43,315 nt of DNA. Source: an uncultured Candidatus Peribacteria bacterium. Lineage in GTDB: Bacteria > Patescibacteriota > Gracilibacteria > UBA4473. Positions within the stretch are counted from its first letter, which is position 1. Each line of letters starts with the position of its first letter. The position numbers and the translations under genes were made by a program. The notes beneath the pieces were generated by a model, which searched no databases, had not been told where the DNA came from, and saw nothing but the letters and a program-made list of their open reading frames with translations. The stretch is taken from contig CAYFMH010000003.1 in NCBI GenBank assembly GCA_964344165.1, positions 1 through 43,315 on the forward strand. Direction: 5' to 3'. Of this stretch, positions 25,876-35,516 are shown one piece after another.

Positions 25876-25898
25876 CCGCCCGATTTTTTCGCCAAACC

Positions 25899-26078
25899 AT
25901 GAAAACTTTCTTTCGAAACGCGGTCAATGAGCTACACAATGTGACCTGGCCTACTCGGACCCAAGCAATCCACAGTATGTTTACGGTGCTGGTTATCATG
26001 TTGTTAGTAGGAGTTTTCTTGGCAGTGGTGGACTATCTCCTAAATGAAGGCATTCTCGCCCTCCTTCGACTAAAATAA
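25899..26078 (+). CDS. secE: preprotein translocase subunit SecE (59 aa, missed by ORF track)
   Basis: Own translation: MKTFFRNAVNELHNVTWPTRTQAIHSMFTVLVIMLLVGVFLAVVDYLLNEGILALLRLK*. It carries the E-L-x-x-V-x-WPT motif followed by a single TM helix. It sits immediately upstream of nusG, the conserved position. Confidence 0.8.
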   Translation: MKTFFRNAVNELHNVTWPTRTQAIHSMFTVLVIMLLVGVFLAVVDYLLNEGILALLRLK

Positions 26079-26081
26079 AAA

Positions 26082-26630
26082 ATGGCAAAACAAGATCCCT
26101 CCATCGGACGTCACTGGTACGTAGTACATACCTACTCTGGGTATGAAGACGCTGTAAAAAAAGCCCTCGAACAGAGAATTGAGTCCATGGCTATGCAAGA
26201 CCACATCTTTGATGTGGTGGTTCCAAAAGAAAAAATGTTGGTCTCCAAAGCGGGGAAACAAGTCGTGGAAGAAAAGAAACTTTTTCCGGGATATGTACTG
26301 GTTGATATGATTGTGACAGATGCGTCTTGGTTTATCGTACGAAATACACCCAATGTGACGGGGTTTGTAGGATCAGGAAACACTCCAGTACCAGTGCTCC
26401 CAGAAGAATTTGGAGTGATCGAGAGAAGGATGGGAGCCGCTGAACCAACGGCCGATATCCAGCTCAAAGAAGGAGATCTCGTTATTATCAAAGAAGGACC
26501 GTTTGCCAACTACGAAGGACAAGTCTCAAAAGTTTCACCAACTAAAGCAAAGGTGACGGTCATGGTTTCTATATTTGATCGAGAAACCCCAGTAGAGCTC
26601 GACTTTACACAAGTAATTAAGAAAATCTAA
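26082..26630 (+). CDS. nusG: transcription termination/antitermination factor NusG
   Basis: NGN motifs: WYVVHTYSGYEDAVKKALEQRI, FPGYVLVDM. KOW motif: GDLVIIKEGPFANYEGQVSKV. Lies in secE-nusG-rplK synteny. Confidence 0.95.
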   Translation: MAKQDPSIGRHWYVVHTYSGYEDAVKKALEQRIESMAMQDHIFDVVVPKEKMLVSKAGKQVVEEKKLFPGYVLVDMIVTDASWFIVRNTPNVTGFVGSGNTPVPVLPEEFGVIERRMGAAEPTADIQLKEGDLVIIKEGPFANYEGQVSKVSPTKAKVTVMVSIFDRETPVELDFTQVIKKI

Positions 26631-26632
26631 AA

Positions 26633-26669
26633 CGCAGAAACACAGATTGATCACAGATTACGCAGATTA
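26633..26669 (+). repeat. CAGATT-type module, copy 1
   Basis: cgcagaaacacaGATTgatcacaGATTacgcaGATTa, starting 3 nt after the nusG stop. Confidence 0.9.
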
Positions 26670-26675
26670 AAAAAT

Positions 26676-26710
26676 CTAAAAACTAAGAACTAACCACTAA
26701 AAACTAATTA
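26676..26710 (+). repeat. tandem heptamer array (CTAANNA)x5
   Basis: ctaaaaa|ctaagaa|ctaacca|ctaaaaa|ctaatta, leading into the rplK ATG at 26733. Confidence 0.9.
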
Positions 26711-26732
26711 TTTACTACTTAATTTAAAAACT

Positions 26733-27170
26733 ATGCCTCCAAAGAAACCGTTTGCGTCAAAGTTCAAAATTACTCTCCCAGCCGGAGGAGCTACTCCAGC
26801 TCCACCAGTAGGACCAGTGCTGGGACAACATGGGATTAATATCCAGGGATTTTGTCAGGAATTTAATGATAAAACCGCTGATAAAAAAGGATCAGGTCTT
26901 ACGATTCCTTGTATTTGTTATGTATTTGAAGATAAATCTTTTGAGCTGGAGCTCAAATCTCCACCGGCGTCTGTATTGATCAAAAAAGAACTCGGGATCA
27001 AAAAGGGATCGAGTCGACCAAATACCGAGAAAATTGGAAAGATTAATCGAAAACAACTAGAAAGCGTCGCTTCACAAAAAATGGAAGACTTGAATGCAAA
27101 CGACATGGATGCAGCCGTAAAAATTATTGCTGGGACGGCTCGGCAGATGGGGCTTGAGTCGCAGGTTTAG
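26733..27170 (+). CDS. rplK: 50S ribosomal protein L11
   Basis: PAGGATPAPPVGPVLGQHGINIQGFCQEFN is the L11 signature. Confidence 0.95.
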   Translation: MPPKKPFASKFKITLPAGGATPAPPVGPVLGQHGINIQGFCQEFNDKTADKKGSGLTIPCICYVFEDKSFELELKSPPASVLIKKELGIKKGSSRPNTEKIGKINRKQLESVASQKMEDLNANDMDAAVKIIAGTARQMGLESQV

Positions 27171-27195
27171 TTTTTTGAATTGGGTTTCCCTGCTT

Positions 27196-27230
27196 CAATT
27201 AACAATTATCAATTAACAATGATCAATTTT
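27196..27230 (+). repeat. tandem heptamer array (CAATKWW)x5
   Basis: caattaa|caattat|caattaa|caatgat|caatttt, starting 26 nt after the rplK stop. Confidence 0.9.
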
Positions 27231-27384
27231 GGAACATTATAATGATTGAAGATTCCTATATTGTCCGTCAGCCGAAGTTAGGAACCATAATTCGAAATAA
27301 CGAAGGCTGAAAGATTGAAAATTTGTCCCCCTCGTGGGAGCTTCTGAAAAATGGGGCGTTATCTACCACTTAATTTATACCACC

Positions 27385-28062
27385 ATGAAAAAGTCAAAAG
27401 CGCTCAAAGGCGCGTACGAAAAAGTTGACCGAGAGAAGCGGTACTCAGTTGCTGAAGCGGTCGATTTGATGTTGAAATGTTCGACCGTCAAATTTGATCC
27501 GACGGCGGAGGTTCACTTCACTCTCGGGATTGATCCGAAGCACGCGGATCAGCAGGTGCGAAGCACGACTTCTTTGCCTCACGGGACCGGGAAATCTGTA
27601 AAAATCGCTGTTTTTTGTTCCGACGATCAAGTGAAGGCCGCCAAATCAGCCGGAGCGATTGAAGCCGGAGAAGCAGATTTGATCGACAAAATTTCCAAAG
27701 GATGGACAGACTTCGATGTAGCGGTAGCAACACCAGATATGATGCGGAGCCTGGCAAAAGTAGCGAAGGTACTTGGACCAAAAGGACTCATGCCAAACCC
27801 AAAAGCGGGGACGGTTACACCAGACGTCGAAAAAACAGTGAAAGAACTCGCGGCTGGGCGACTCGAGTTTCGAAACGACAAAGCCGGAATTGTGCATACC
27901 ATCTTTGGAAAACTTAGCTTTGGGGACAAAAAATTGGTTGAAAATCTCGAAGCTATGATGAAAGCAATCAAAGAGGTGAAACCAACTGGAGCGAAAGGAG
28001 AGTACATCAAAAACGTTACAATTAATTCCACGATGGGAGCGGGGATTAAGGTTGAATTTTAA
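27385..28062 (+). CDS. rplA: 50S ribosomal protein L1
   Basis: MKKSKALKGAYEKVD..., GTGKSVKIAVF, ATPDMMRSLAKVAKVLGPKGLMPNPKAGTVT. The track start at 27334 is a GTG that adds an atypical 17-aa extension, so the ATG at 27385 is preferred. Confidence 0.95.
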   Translation: MKKSKALKGAYEKVDREKRYSVAEAVDLMLKCSTVKFDPTAEVHFTLGIDPKHADQQVRSTTSLPHGTGKSVKIAVFCSDDQVKAAKSAGAIEAGEADLIDKISKGWTDFDVAVATPDMMRSLAKVAKVLGPKGLMPNPKAGTVTPDVEKTVKELAAGRLEFRNDKAGIVHTIFGKLSFGDKKLVENLEAMMKAIKEVKPTGAKGEYIKNVTINSTMGAGIKVEF

Positions 28063-28140
28063 TCAATTACAAATTGCAAATTATCGTAGATCCCGCTTAC
28101 GCGGTGACGAATGACAAATTAAAGGGGCGAAGCTAGAAAG

Positions 28141-28153
28141 TTTCGTCTCTTTT
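28141..28153 (+). repeat. 13-bp direct repeat, left copy (TTTCGTCTCTTTT)
   Basis: Identical 13-mer at 30550-30562. The pair brackets the mazEF and transglutaminase-like genes. Confidence 0.85.
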
Positions 28154-28484
28154 AATAATGAATTACGTCATTTAATCCTTCGGTAATTTGTTTGAGTTCG
28201 TCATCAGAGATGGTTCCAACTTTTTTTATGAGTCGATTTTTTGAGATGGTTCTTACTTGAAAAGTAATAATTTCTGAATCTTCTTTTAGTCCATTTTGGG
28301 GAGATTTTTTGAGAAAGACACAAGCGGCATAATTTTTGACCTGAGAAGAGATAGGGCAGGTGATGCAAATATCTAGATTTTCGTTCAAAGTGTCGCCAGA
28401 GATAATTACTATCGGTCGAGTGCCGCTTTGTTCACTTCCTTTTGTGGGATTTAGGTTTGCGAGATAAATATCTTTTTGTTGCAT
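28152..28484 (-). CDS. mazF: MazF/PemK-family type II toxin endoribonuclease
   Basis: DIYLANLNPTKGSEQSGTRPIVIISGD plus ITCPISSQ match the PemK/MazF N-terminal signature. The ATG directly abuts the stop of the upstream small ORF. Confidence 0.85.
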   Translation of the reverse strand: MQQKDIYLANLNPTKGSEQSGTRPIVIISGDTLNENLDICITCPISSQVKNYAACVFLKKSPQNGLKEDSEIITFQVRTISKNRLIKKVGTISDDELKQITEGLNDVIHY

Positions 28485-28733
28485 TTAAGCGTATTTTTTA
28501 AGTTGATTGGCATAATCGTCGAGTCCTTCTTCAGCCATTTGTGCCATTTCAGGATCTTTATTGGCGGCGATGAAGGTTTTTTTGAGGGCTTCTTTTTTGG
28601 CTTCGTCTTTGTATTTTTTGAGAGCAGTTTCGATGATGTCTCTTTTTGTTCGGTGTGTCTTTTTGGCATATTGATTGAGCCAGAGAAGGATGTCTTGGGA
28701 TATGGTGCTGGTGAAGACGGAGGTGGTTTTCAT
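28485..28733 (-). CDS. cognate antitoxin, RHH/CopG-like (82 aa)
   Basis: MKTTSVFTSTISQDILLWLNQYAKKTHRTKRDIIETALKKY fits a beta-strand plus two helices (ribbon-helix-helix). Its TAA (28487-28485) directly abuts the mazF ATG (28484-28482). The ATG at 28733 is preferred over the track start at 28811. Confidence 0.6.
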   Translation of the reverse strand: MKTTSVFTSTISQDILLWLNQYAKKTHRTKRDIIETALKKYKDEAKKEALKKTFIAANKDPEMAQMAEEGLDDYANQLKKYA

Positions 28734-28846
28734 TTTTTTAAAATATGAAAAATATTTATAAAACATAAATATTTTATAGAAATATAATTGGGGAGTCAAA
28801 GTTTTTTTCAAAAAAATTGGACGAGGTCTGGGGATTTTATCTTTTT

Positions 28847-30475
28847 TCAGCTGGTTTTTAATTTCTCGATTTCTCCTTTTGCTCTATTGATCCAAGATTG
28901 GTCACCTTCCCATAATTTTATAAATATTTCAAAGGCTTCAATGGCTTCTTCATTTCTGCCAAGGTCCCTTAAAGCGTTCCCAGTGTTATTGAGAATGTGC
29001 AATTGCAATCCTATTTCTGGGTTGAACAGATTTATTCTTAATTTTCCATTGATATACGAATAAGGATTCCATTTTTTAAATTGAATCGTCCTACCCCCGT
29101 CAGGGAAATTTTTTACCTCGGAAAAATCTATTGCTTCATCCAGCATATCTGGACGAATTTCCGTGTAATTTGCGCTTTGGAAATCCTGCCAGTAGGCCTT
29201 TCTGTCCCTTGTGATCAAAACCGTGGCTGAATGTTTTGGGAGATCTGCATGTAAATATTTGATCCCCACTTCATCTAATAACCCTCCCCCCAGAATTGAA
29301 GCACCAACGCAATTGATGAATTGGTTTTCTATTATTTCCGATGGATTGTTTGCGTTCTCTAAATATGGAAAACTACTGACCGATTTTTGGATTTTTTTAG
29401 CAATTTCCAGTTCTTTGGCTGAAATTTTGGTAACATCTCCCGTTTGTCTTACTTCTGTTAATTCTTGTTTTAATTTAGCAATTTCAAGTGAATTATAGAG
29501 TTTTACTTTTTCTAGTGCTAAATTTAGATCACAACCTTCTCGTAAAAATTTTTGAAGAGAATTTCTCCAATCAGGTTCTTTCATCTCTGTTACCAACTTC
29601 TCCAATCCTCTTCTAAAAATCGCTGTTTTTAATTCCCTTTCGGGGGTTTCTATGGCTTTGGTGATTCGTTTTCTGGTTCTATCTTGCAAGTGTTGCATTG
29701 GGCCGACTTTTGTTTCCCAAGTTTTTTTTCCATCTGTTTTATCGCCTTTTTTGAACAAAGATTGTAACAAGCGTTGTATAAGAGAAAACCTGGTTTTCCA
29801 TGTTTTTTTTGTTTTATGGCCTTCTCTAGCAAGCGCTTTAAAATATGTTCTTAGCCATTTTTTTCTGATTTCTTCAATCTGTTCTTCGCTCGGATTGTCG
29901 CTAAGTCTGGCGAGCCTTTTTTGGAAGGCATCGTTGCCCAAGAACCATTCATCCAATTGAGATTTGTCTTCAGCAGAAAGTTCTGATTCTTGAGGAATCC
30001 AGTTGTCTTTTTTTTCTTTGTGCTGCAATGATAATCCATACGCATAAAATTCACGAGCAACCTTTTCCGCTATTTGTTTTGCTTCCTGATCATCTTCACG
30101 GAAAACGGATAAGTACTGATGGAGATATATTCCTGCTTTTTCAAACGTTACCCCGAGATTTTTGATTTGATCTGCTCTTTCATCTTTTTTTTCTGGTTTT
30201 CTTACAAGCGTATCATGATCTATTACTTTTATCACATCCATCATTTCCCAAAGATGAAGATCATTAGGGAGAAAGAGTGTTTGTTTACCTTGGTCATTTT
30301 TTTCTTTTTCTAATATTTCTTCTGTTTCTTTTCTTTCCCATACCTCTCTGGGGATAAATTGAGGAACAATAGAATCGTTTATTCTACACCATTCAGCAAA
30401 AAAATTTTGAGCAGGCGTATCTGCAAAAGGTGTTTTTTCTTTTGTTTGGGAGATAAAATCCGTTTCAAATGACAT
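28847..30475 (-). CDS. hypothetical protein with possible transglutaminase-like Cys-His-Asp core and C-terminal TPR-like helix pair (542 aa)
   Basis: INCVGASILGGGLLDEVGIKYLHADLPKHSATVLITRDRKAYWQDF has the C...H...D spacing of transglutaminase-like cysteine peptidases. GNALRDLGRNEEAIEAFEIFIKLW is TPR-like. It is clearly coding, but the function call is weak. Confidence 0.5.
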   Translation of the reverse strand: MSFETDFISQTKEKTPFADTPAQNFFAEWCRINDSIVPQFIPREVWERKETEEILEKEKNDQGKQTLFLPNDLHLWEMMDVIKVIDHDTLVRKPEKKDERADQIKNLGVTFEKAGIYLHQYLSVFREDDQEAKQIAEKVAREFYAYGLSLQHKEKKDNWIPQESELSAEDKSQLDEWFLGNDAFQKRLARLSDNPSEEQIEEIRKKWLRTYFKALAREGHKTKKTWKTRFSLIQRLLQSLFKKGDKTDGKKTWETKVGPMQHLQDRTRKRITKAIETPERELKTAIFRRGLEKLVTEMKEPDWRNSLQKFLREGCDLNLALEKVKLYNSLEIAKLKQELTEVRQTGDVTKISAKELEIAKKIQKSVSSFPYLENANNPSEIIENQFINCVGASILGGGLLDEVGIKYLHADLPKHSATVLITRDRKAYWQDFQSANYTEIRPDMLDEAIDFSEVKNFPDGGRTIQFKKWNPYSYINGKLRINLFNPEIGLQLHILNNTGNALRDLGRNEEAIEAFEIFIKLWEGDQSWINRAKGEIEKLKTS

Positions 30476-30545
30476 GATATTTTGGTGTTTTCAAAAAATC
30501 TGTACATTATACATTATTTGGGGCTAAAAAGCAAAAAAAATTTAA

Positions 30546-32546
<2,001 letters not shown>

Positions 32547-32548
32547 AT

Positions 32549-32594
32549 CACAGAAACACAGATTTATCACTGATTACACAGATTTCGCAGATTA
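32549..32594 (+). repeat. CAGATT-type module, copy 2
   Basis: cacagaaacacaGATTtatcactGATTacacaGATTtcgcaGATTa, starting 3 nt after the gyrB stop. Confidence 0.9.
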
Positions 32595-32610
32595 GAAATT
32601 TTAATCTTAT

Positions 32611-32645
32611 CTAAGAACTAAGAACCAAAAACTAAGAACTAAAAC
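32611..32645 (+). repeat. tandem heptamer array (CTAAGAA-type)x5
   Basis: ctaagaa|ctaagaa|ccaaaaa|ctaagaa|ctaaaac, ending 2 nt before the yggT ATG. Confidence 0.9.
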
Positions 32646-32647
32646 CT

Positions 32648-32935
32648 ATGGAAAACATAACCCCCCACCTCCTTCCCTACATCCCTTTCCTAATCTCCTT
32701 TATTTCTATTTTTATCAATCTGTTGTATTGGGCGATTTTGATACATGTGATCATGTCCTGGTTTGCGACGGGGCGGACGGCGTTTGGAGATCTGTTGGAT
32801 CAGGTAGTGCGGCCGGTTTTGGCACCGTTTCGGTGGGCGAGGATTGGGATGATTGATTTGTCACCGATTGTAGCTTTAATTTTGTTAAGTTTTTTGGGAA
32901 AAGCTGCGCAGAATTTTTTGGTGAGTCTGTTATAG
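32648..32935 (+). CDS. yggT: YggT-family integral membrane protein
   Basis: 95 aa with two hydrophobic helices. ILIHVIMSWF ... LLDQVVRPVLAPFRWA ... IDLSPIVALILL is typical of YggT/Ycf19. Confidence 0.8.
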   Translation: MENITPHLLPYIPFLISFISIFINLLYWAILIHVIMSWFATGRTAFGDLLDQVVRPVLAPFRWARIGMIDLSPIVALILLSFLGKAAQNFLVSLL

Positions 32936-32952
32936 ATTTTTTGCTAAAAATG
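32878..32952 (+). repeat. yggT 3' end, copy 1 of a ~75-bp imperfect direct duplication
   Basis: aattttgttaagttttttgggaaaagctgcgcagaattttttggtgagtctgttatagattttttgctaaaaatg aligns with 33331-33405. Confidence 0.85.
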
Positions 32953-32953
32953 A

Positions 32954-32982
32954 TTGACATATTTATTTTTTTGTGATATAAA
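32954..32982 (+). promoter_or_regulatory. strong sigma70-type promoter for the 33016 ORF
   Basis: TTGACA (32954-32959), a 17-nt spacer ending in TGTGA (extended -10-like), then TATAAA (32977-32982), 33 nt before the ATG. Confidence 0.5.
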
Positions 32983-33015
32983 ACTTTCTGTAATTATTTT
33001 ATAATCCCTTAAAAA

Positions 33016-33324
33016 ATGAAAGCAAGAAAATTATTATCGCTTACACCATCTGCTTTAGCAGTGATTGGAGGGGTAGCTGTTGCCCCAGAAGTAAAAGCAG
33101 ATCCATCAAGTGAGATTTTAGCAACAATAGCAAGAGAAAAGCCGGAATTTATAGAAACGACATCAGATGGCTTCAGAAGGCGGATAGAGGCAATAGAAGC
33201 TAAAATCCCTAAAAAAGCTAATAAAAGTCCTTTTGTAACTACCATTGTTGGTCCAGAATCAGGATTTGGTCCTAAAGCTGATTTTCGGGGGAGATTTGGA
33301 CAGATGAGGAACAAAAAAAACTAG
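33016..33324 (+). CDS. small secreted hypothetical protein (102 aa)
   Basis: Signal-peptide-like N-terminus MKARKLLSLTPSALAVIGGVAVAPEVKA. Has its own promoter. Bracketed by the duplicated yggT 3' end. Confidence 0.5.
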   Translation: MKARKLLSLTPSALAVIGGVAVAPEVKADPSSEILATIAREKPEFIETTSDGFRRRIEAIEAKIPKKANKSPFVTTIVGPESGFGPKADFRGRFGQMRNKKN

Positions 33325-33330
33325 AAATTT

Positions 33331-33405
33331 AATTTGTTGAATATTTTGGGAGATGCGGCGAAGGCTTTTTTGGTGAGTTTTTTATAAATTTTTTGGCAGT
33401 AAATG
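33331..33405 (+). repeat. yggT 3' end, copy 2 (orphan fragment)
   Basis: aatttgttgaatattttgggagatgcggcgaaggcttttttggtgagttttttataaattttttggcagtaaatg. It encodes LLNILGDAAKAFLVSFL*, compared with the real YggT tail LLSFLGKAAQNFLVSLL*. Confidence 0.85.
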
Positions 33406-33503
33406 GAGCGATGATGCATATAGCCAAACTAATTGGTCTTTATGATGAAGTACAGAGAGAAGCCATAAACACCTAATCACACATGGATCAATATAAAGTT
33501 TGA

Positions 33504-33725
33504 AATAACTCAAACAAAAAATACTTCTGGAGTAGAGAGAACTTCCCTGTTTTTGATTTTGTGTATTTTCTGAGACAAGATGTCTTTCCGGTTATTTTTG
33601 AGGAAAAAAAGTTCATCGACTGCATTCATCCGGTCATTTATTGGGGTAGAGAGAAATATTCAACAGTAGAATTTTTTGAGCTATTGTCTGACTTTGTTTT
33701 GGAGTCGGTCCTATGGCCAATTTAG
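33504..33725 (+). pseudogene. start-less 73-codon open frame, possible gene remnant
   Basis: Own translation between the TGA at 33501 and the TAG at 33723: NNSNKKYFWSRENFPVFDFVYFLRQDVFPVIFEEKKFIDCIHPVIYWGREKYSTVEFFELLSDFVLESVLWPI*. The composition is protein-like, but there is no ATG. It lies in a 520-bp gap that has no listed ORF. Confidence 0.25.
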
Positions 33726-33847
33726 TCGATCAGGATAGTCGGTTCAAAATCACCATAAGCAGGCTCAATAAAAAGAGGTTCGACTATAAGCCTGAGTAGC
33801 TAAAATAAAACTCGACAAACCACCACTGCATCTCTATAATCCTGATA

Positions 33848-35485
33848 ATGGCCCTGCCAGCAGCGATCGATCCTGAGGTAGCCGTAGGCAATGAAGCCCA
33901 AAAAGATCATTTACGAGGCTTGGTGGCTGCTTGTGCGCAGTTTGCTCCGAGGGATCGGGCTTTTCATATTGCGCAGATTGAGAATGGAGAAACCACTGAA
34001 GATAAAATTAATTTTTATATCCAGGCAGCGAAGCTGCGAGAACAAGTTCTTCAAAATGTCCCTCCCCACAAGCGCCCGGCGATTTTGAACAAAATAAATA
34101 GTGTCTTGGATGAACATACGGGAGAAGGCAGAGGTATAAAATTGCAGAGGCTCGAAGAGATCGGGCAGGCGATTGAGCTTTTTCGGTCGGATCAGACGCT
34201 CCTGCGACACAAAATGTGGCGATCTCAGCATCTGCCATCAGAGCTTGGAAATCAGGTGCTCAAAACACTCATTTCTGATGATTTAGAACGATTCAATCGA
34301 GAATATGAGCAGGTTTTTACGCCAAAATTTTGGGGGAAAATTTATGGAGTTTTTTCTCGGGATTTTCCAGAATTTGTAAAATCTTTTCCATATCCGGAGG
34401 AAGCAGATTTTTTGGAAGCTTTTACTTCTCTAGAAGAGTTACCCAAATTTTTGGTAAAATTAAAAACCGCGGCAGAAAAAGATACAAAAAAAATGCTGAA
34501 GTCTTTTTTTAATAAAAAAGCAGCGGCTGGATATCTGGAAAAGTTACAAATAATCTCCTCAAAAGATCCAGAAAAGATCGTACATTTTTTACACGAATTG
34601 TGTGAAGAACGTGAAAAAAATAGGAGAGAAGCGCAGTCTATTTTGGCCTGGGCTGAGAAGCTCGCGTTGGCTGGAGAATTGGAGGCCGCTCGATCGGAGG
34701 TAGAGATTGTTCAGAAGCGTTTTGGAGACGTTGCAATTAAAGGAGGCGGAGGAATTATTGAGCATTTGTCTTGGGATCTTGAAAAAAAGGCTAAAAAAGC
34801 AAAATTGGAAGAAAAGAAAGCAAAATTGAAGGATCAAAGAAAAGAGCGTTTGATGATCGGAATTGATTCTGCTTTGAAGAGAGAAAATTTTGATGGGGCA
34901 AGAATCTTGGCCAGACAATTACAGGATTTGGATCACGAAGAAGGGGAAAAAGCTTTTCAAAGAATAGAAGATACAGAGGAATCTCAAGAACAGGTAGTGA
35001 TTCAAGAAGGAGAAGAATCTAAGGAAAATATGTCTGAAGGGCGAAGAGAAAGTATAAAATTTTATGAGGGAACTATGGAGATGCTAAAAGGAGTAATGGA
35101 AGAAGCTGAAAAAATGCATATAGGTGCCAATGATGAAAAATGGTGGTGTGATCTTAATCGTCAAAAATTGCTCCGGGACAGGGGCCTTTATGAAAAATAT
35201 AGAGACCTCAATAATGGAGATCCTTTTATGCCATCTACAAAACAAGCAGGAGGATTTCGTTTTCGATGGTTTGATTTCAAAGCTGGCAATCGCTTGAATT
35301 TTGAAAACGCAAAATCCGGGAATATTTATTTGGGACGTTTGAAGCAATCAGGTTATGGTTTGGTAGTATTGGCTGGTGTGTTTTCTATGAATTGGCAGAA
35401 TCCAAAAGATCCAATTTTTACCCCACAAAAGATGCTCGAGATCGTGAAGCGAAAATTGAGTGAATTGAAGGGGGAAGTGGTGTAG
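33848..35485 (+). CDS. hypothetical protein, largely helical/coiled-coil (545 aa)
   Basis: Long ORF with a K/E-rich central region (KKAKKAKLEEKKAKLKDQRKE). No family recognised. Confidence 0.7.
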   Translation: MALPAAIDPEVAVGNEAQKDHLRGLVAACAQFAPRDRAFHIAQIENGETTEDKINFYIQAAKLREQVLQNVPPHKRPAILNKINSVLDEHTGEGRGIKLQRLEEIGQAIELFRSDQTLLRHKMWRSQHLPSELGNQVLKTLISDDLERFNREYEQVFTPKFWGKIYGVFSRDFPEFVKSFPYPEEADFLEAFTSLEELPKFLVKLKTAAEKDTKKMLKSFFNKKAAAGYLEKLQIISSKDPEKIVHFLHELCEEREKNRREAQSILAWAEKLALAGELEAARSEVEIVQKRFGDVAIKGGGGIIEHLSWDLEKKAKKAKLEEKKAKLKDQRKERLMIGIDSALKRENFDGARILARQLQDLDHEEGEKAFQRIEDTEESQEQVVIQEGEESKENMSEGRRESIKFYEGTMEMLKGVMEEAEKMHIGANDEKWWCDLNRQKLLRDRGLYEKYRDLNNGDPFMPSTKQAGGFRFRWFDFKAGNRLNFENAKSGNIYLGRLKQSGYGLVVLAGVFSMNWQNPKDPIFTPQKMLEIVKRKLSELKGEVV

Positions 35486-35488
35486 TAG

Positions 35489-35516
35489 CAGCAAGAAGCA
35501 AGGAGTAAGAAGCAAG
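35489..35516 (+). repeat. tandem heptamer array (RRGYAAG)x4
   Basis: cagcaag|aagcaag|gagtaag|aagcaag, immediately after the stop of the 545-aa ORF. Confidence 0.85.

Noticed and set aside
25778-25999. 73-aa minus-strand ORF in the track.
   Set aside because: It is antisense to the well-supported 59-aa secE reading frame and its promoter region, and the translation is hydrophobic junk.
27334-27384. GTG-initiated 17-aa N-terminal extension of L1 in the ORF track.
   Set aside because: L1 proteins start at the MKKSK/MAKK motif, which is found at the ATG at 27385. The extension (MGASEKWGVIYHLIYTT) has no counterpart that I know of.
28734-28811. Longer 108-aa version of the antitoxin ORF.
   Set aside because: The extra 26 residues (MKKTLTPQLYFYKIFMFYKYFSYFKK) read like AT-rich promoter DNA. 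The RHH fold begins at the MKTTSVF start.
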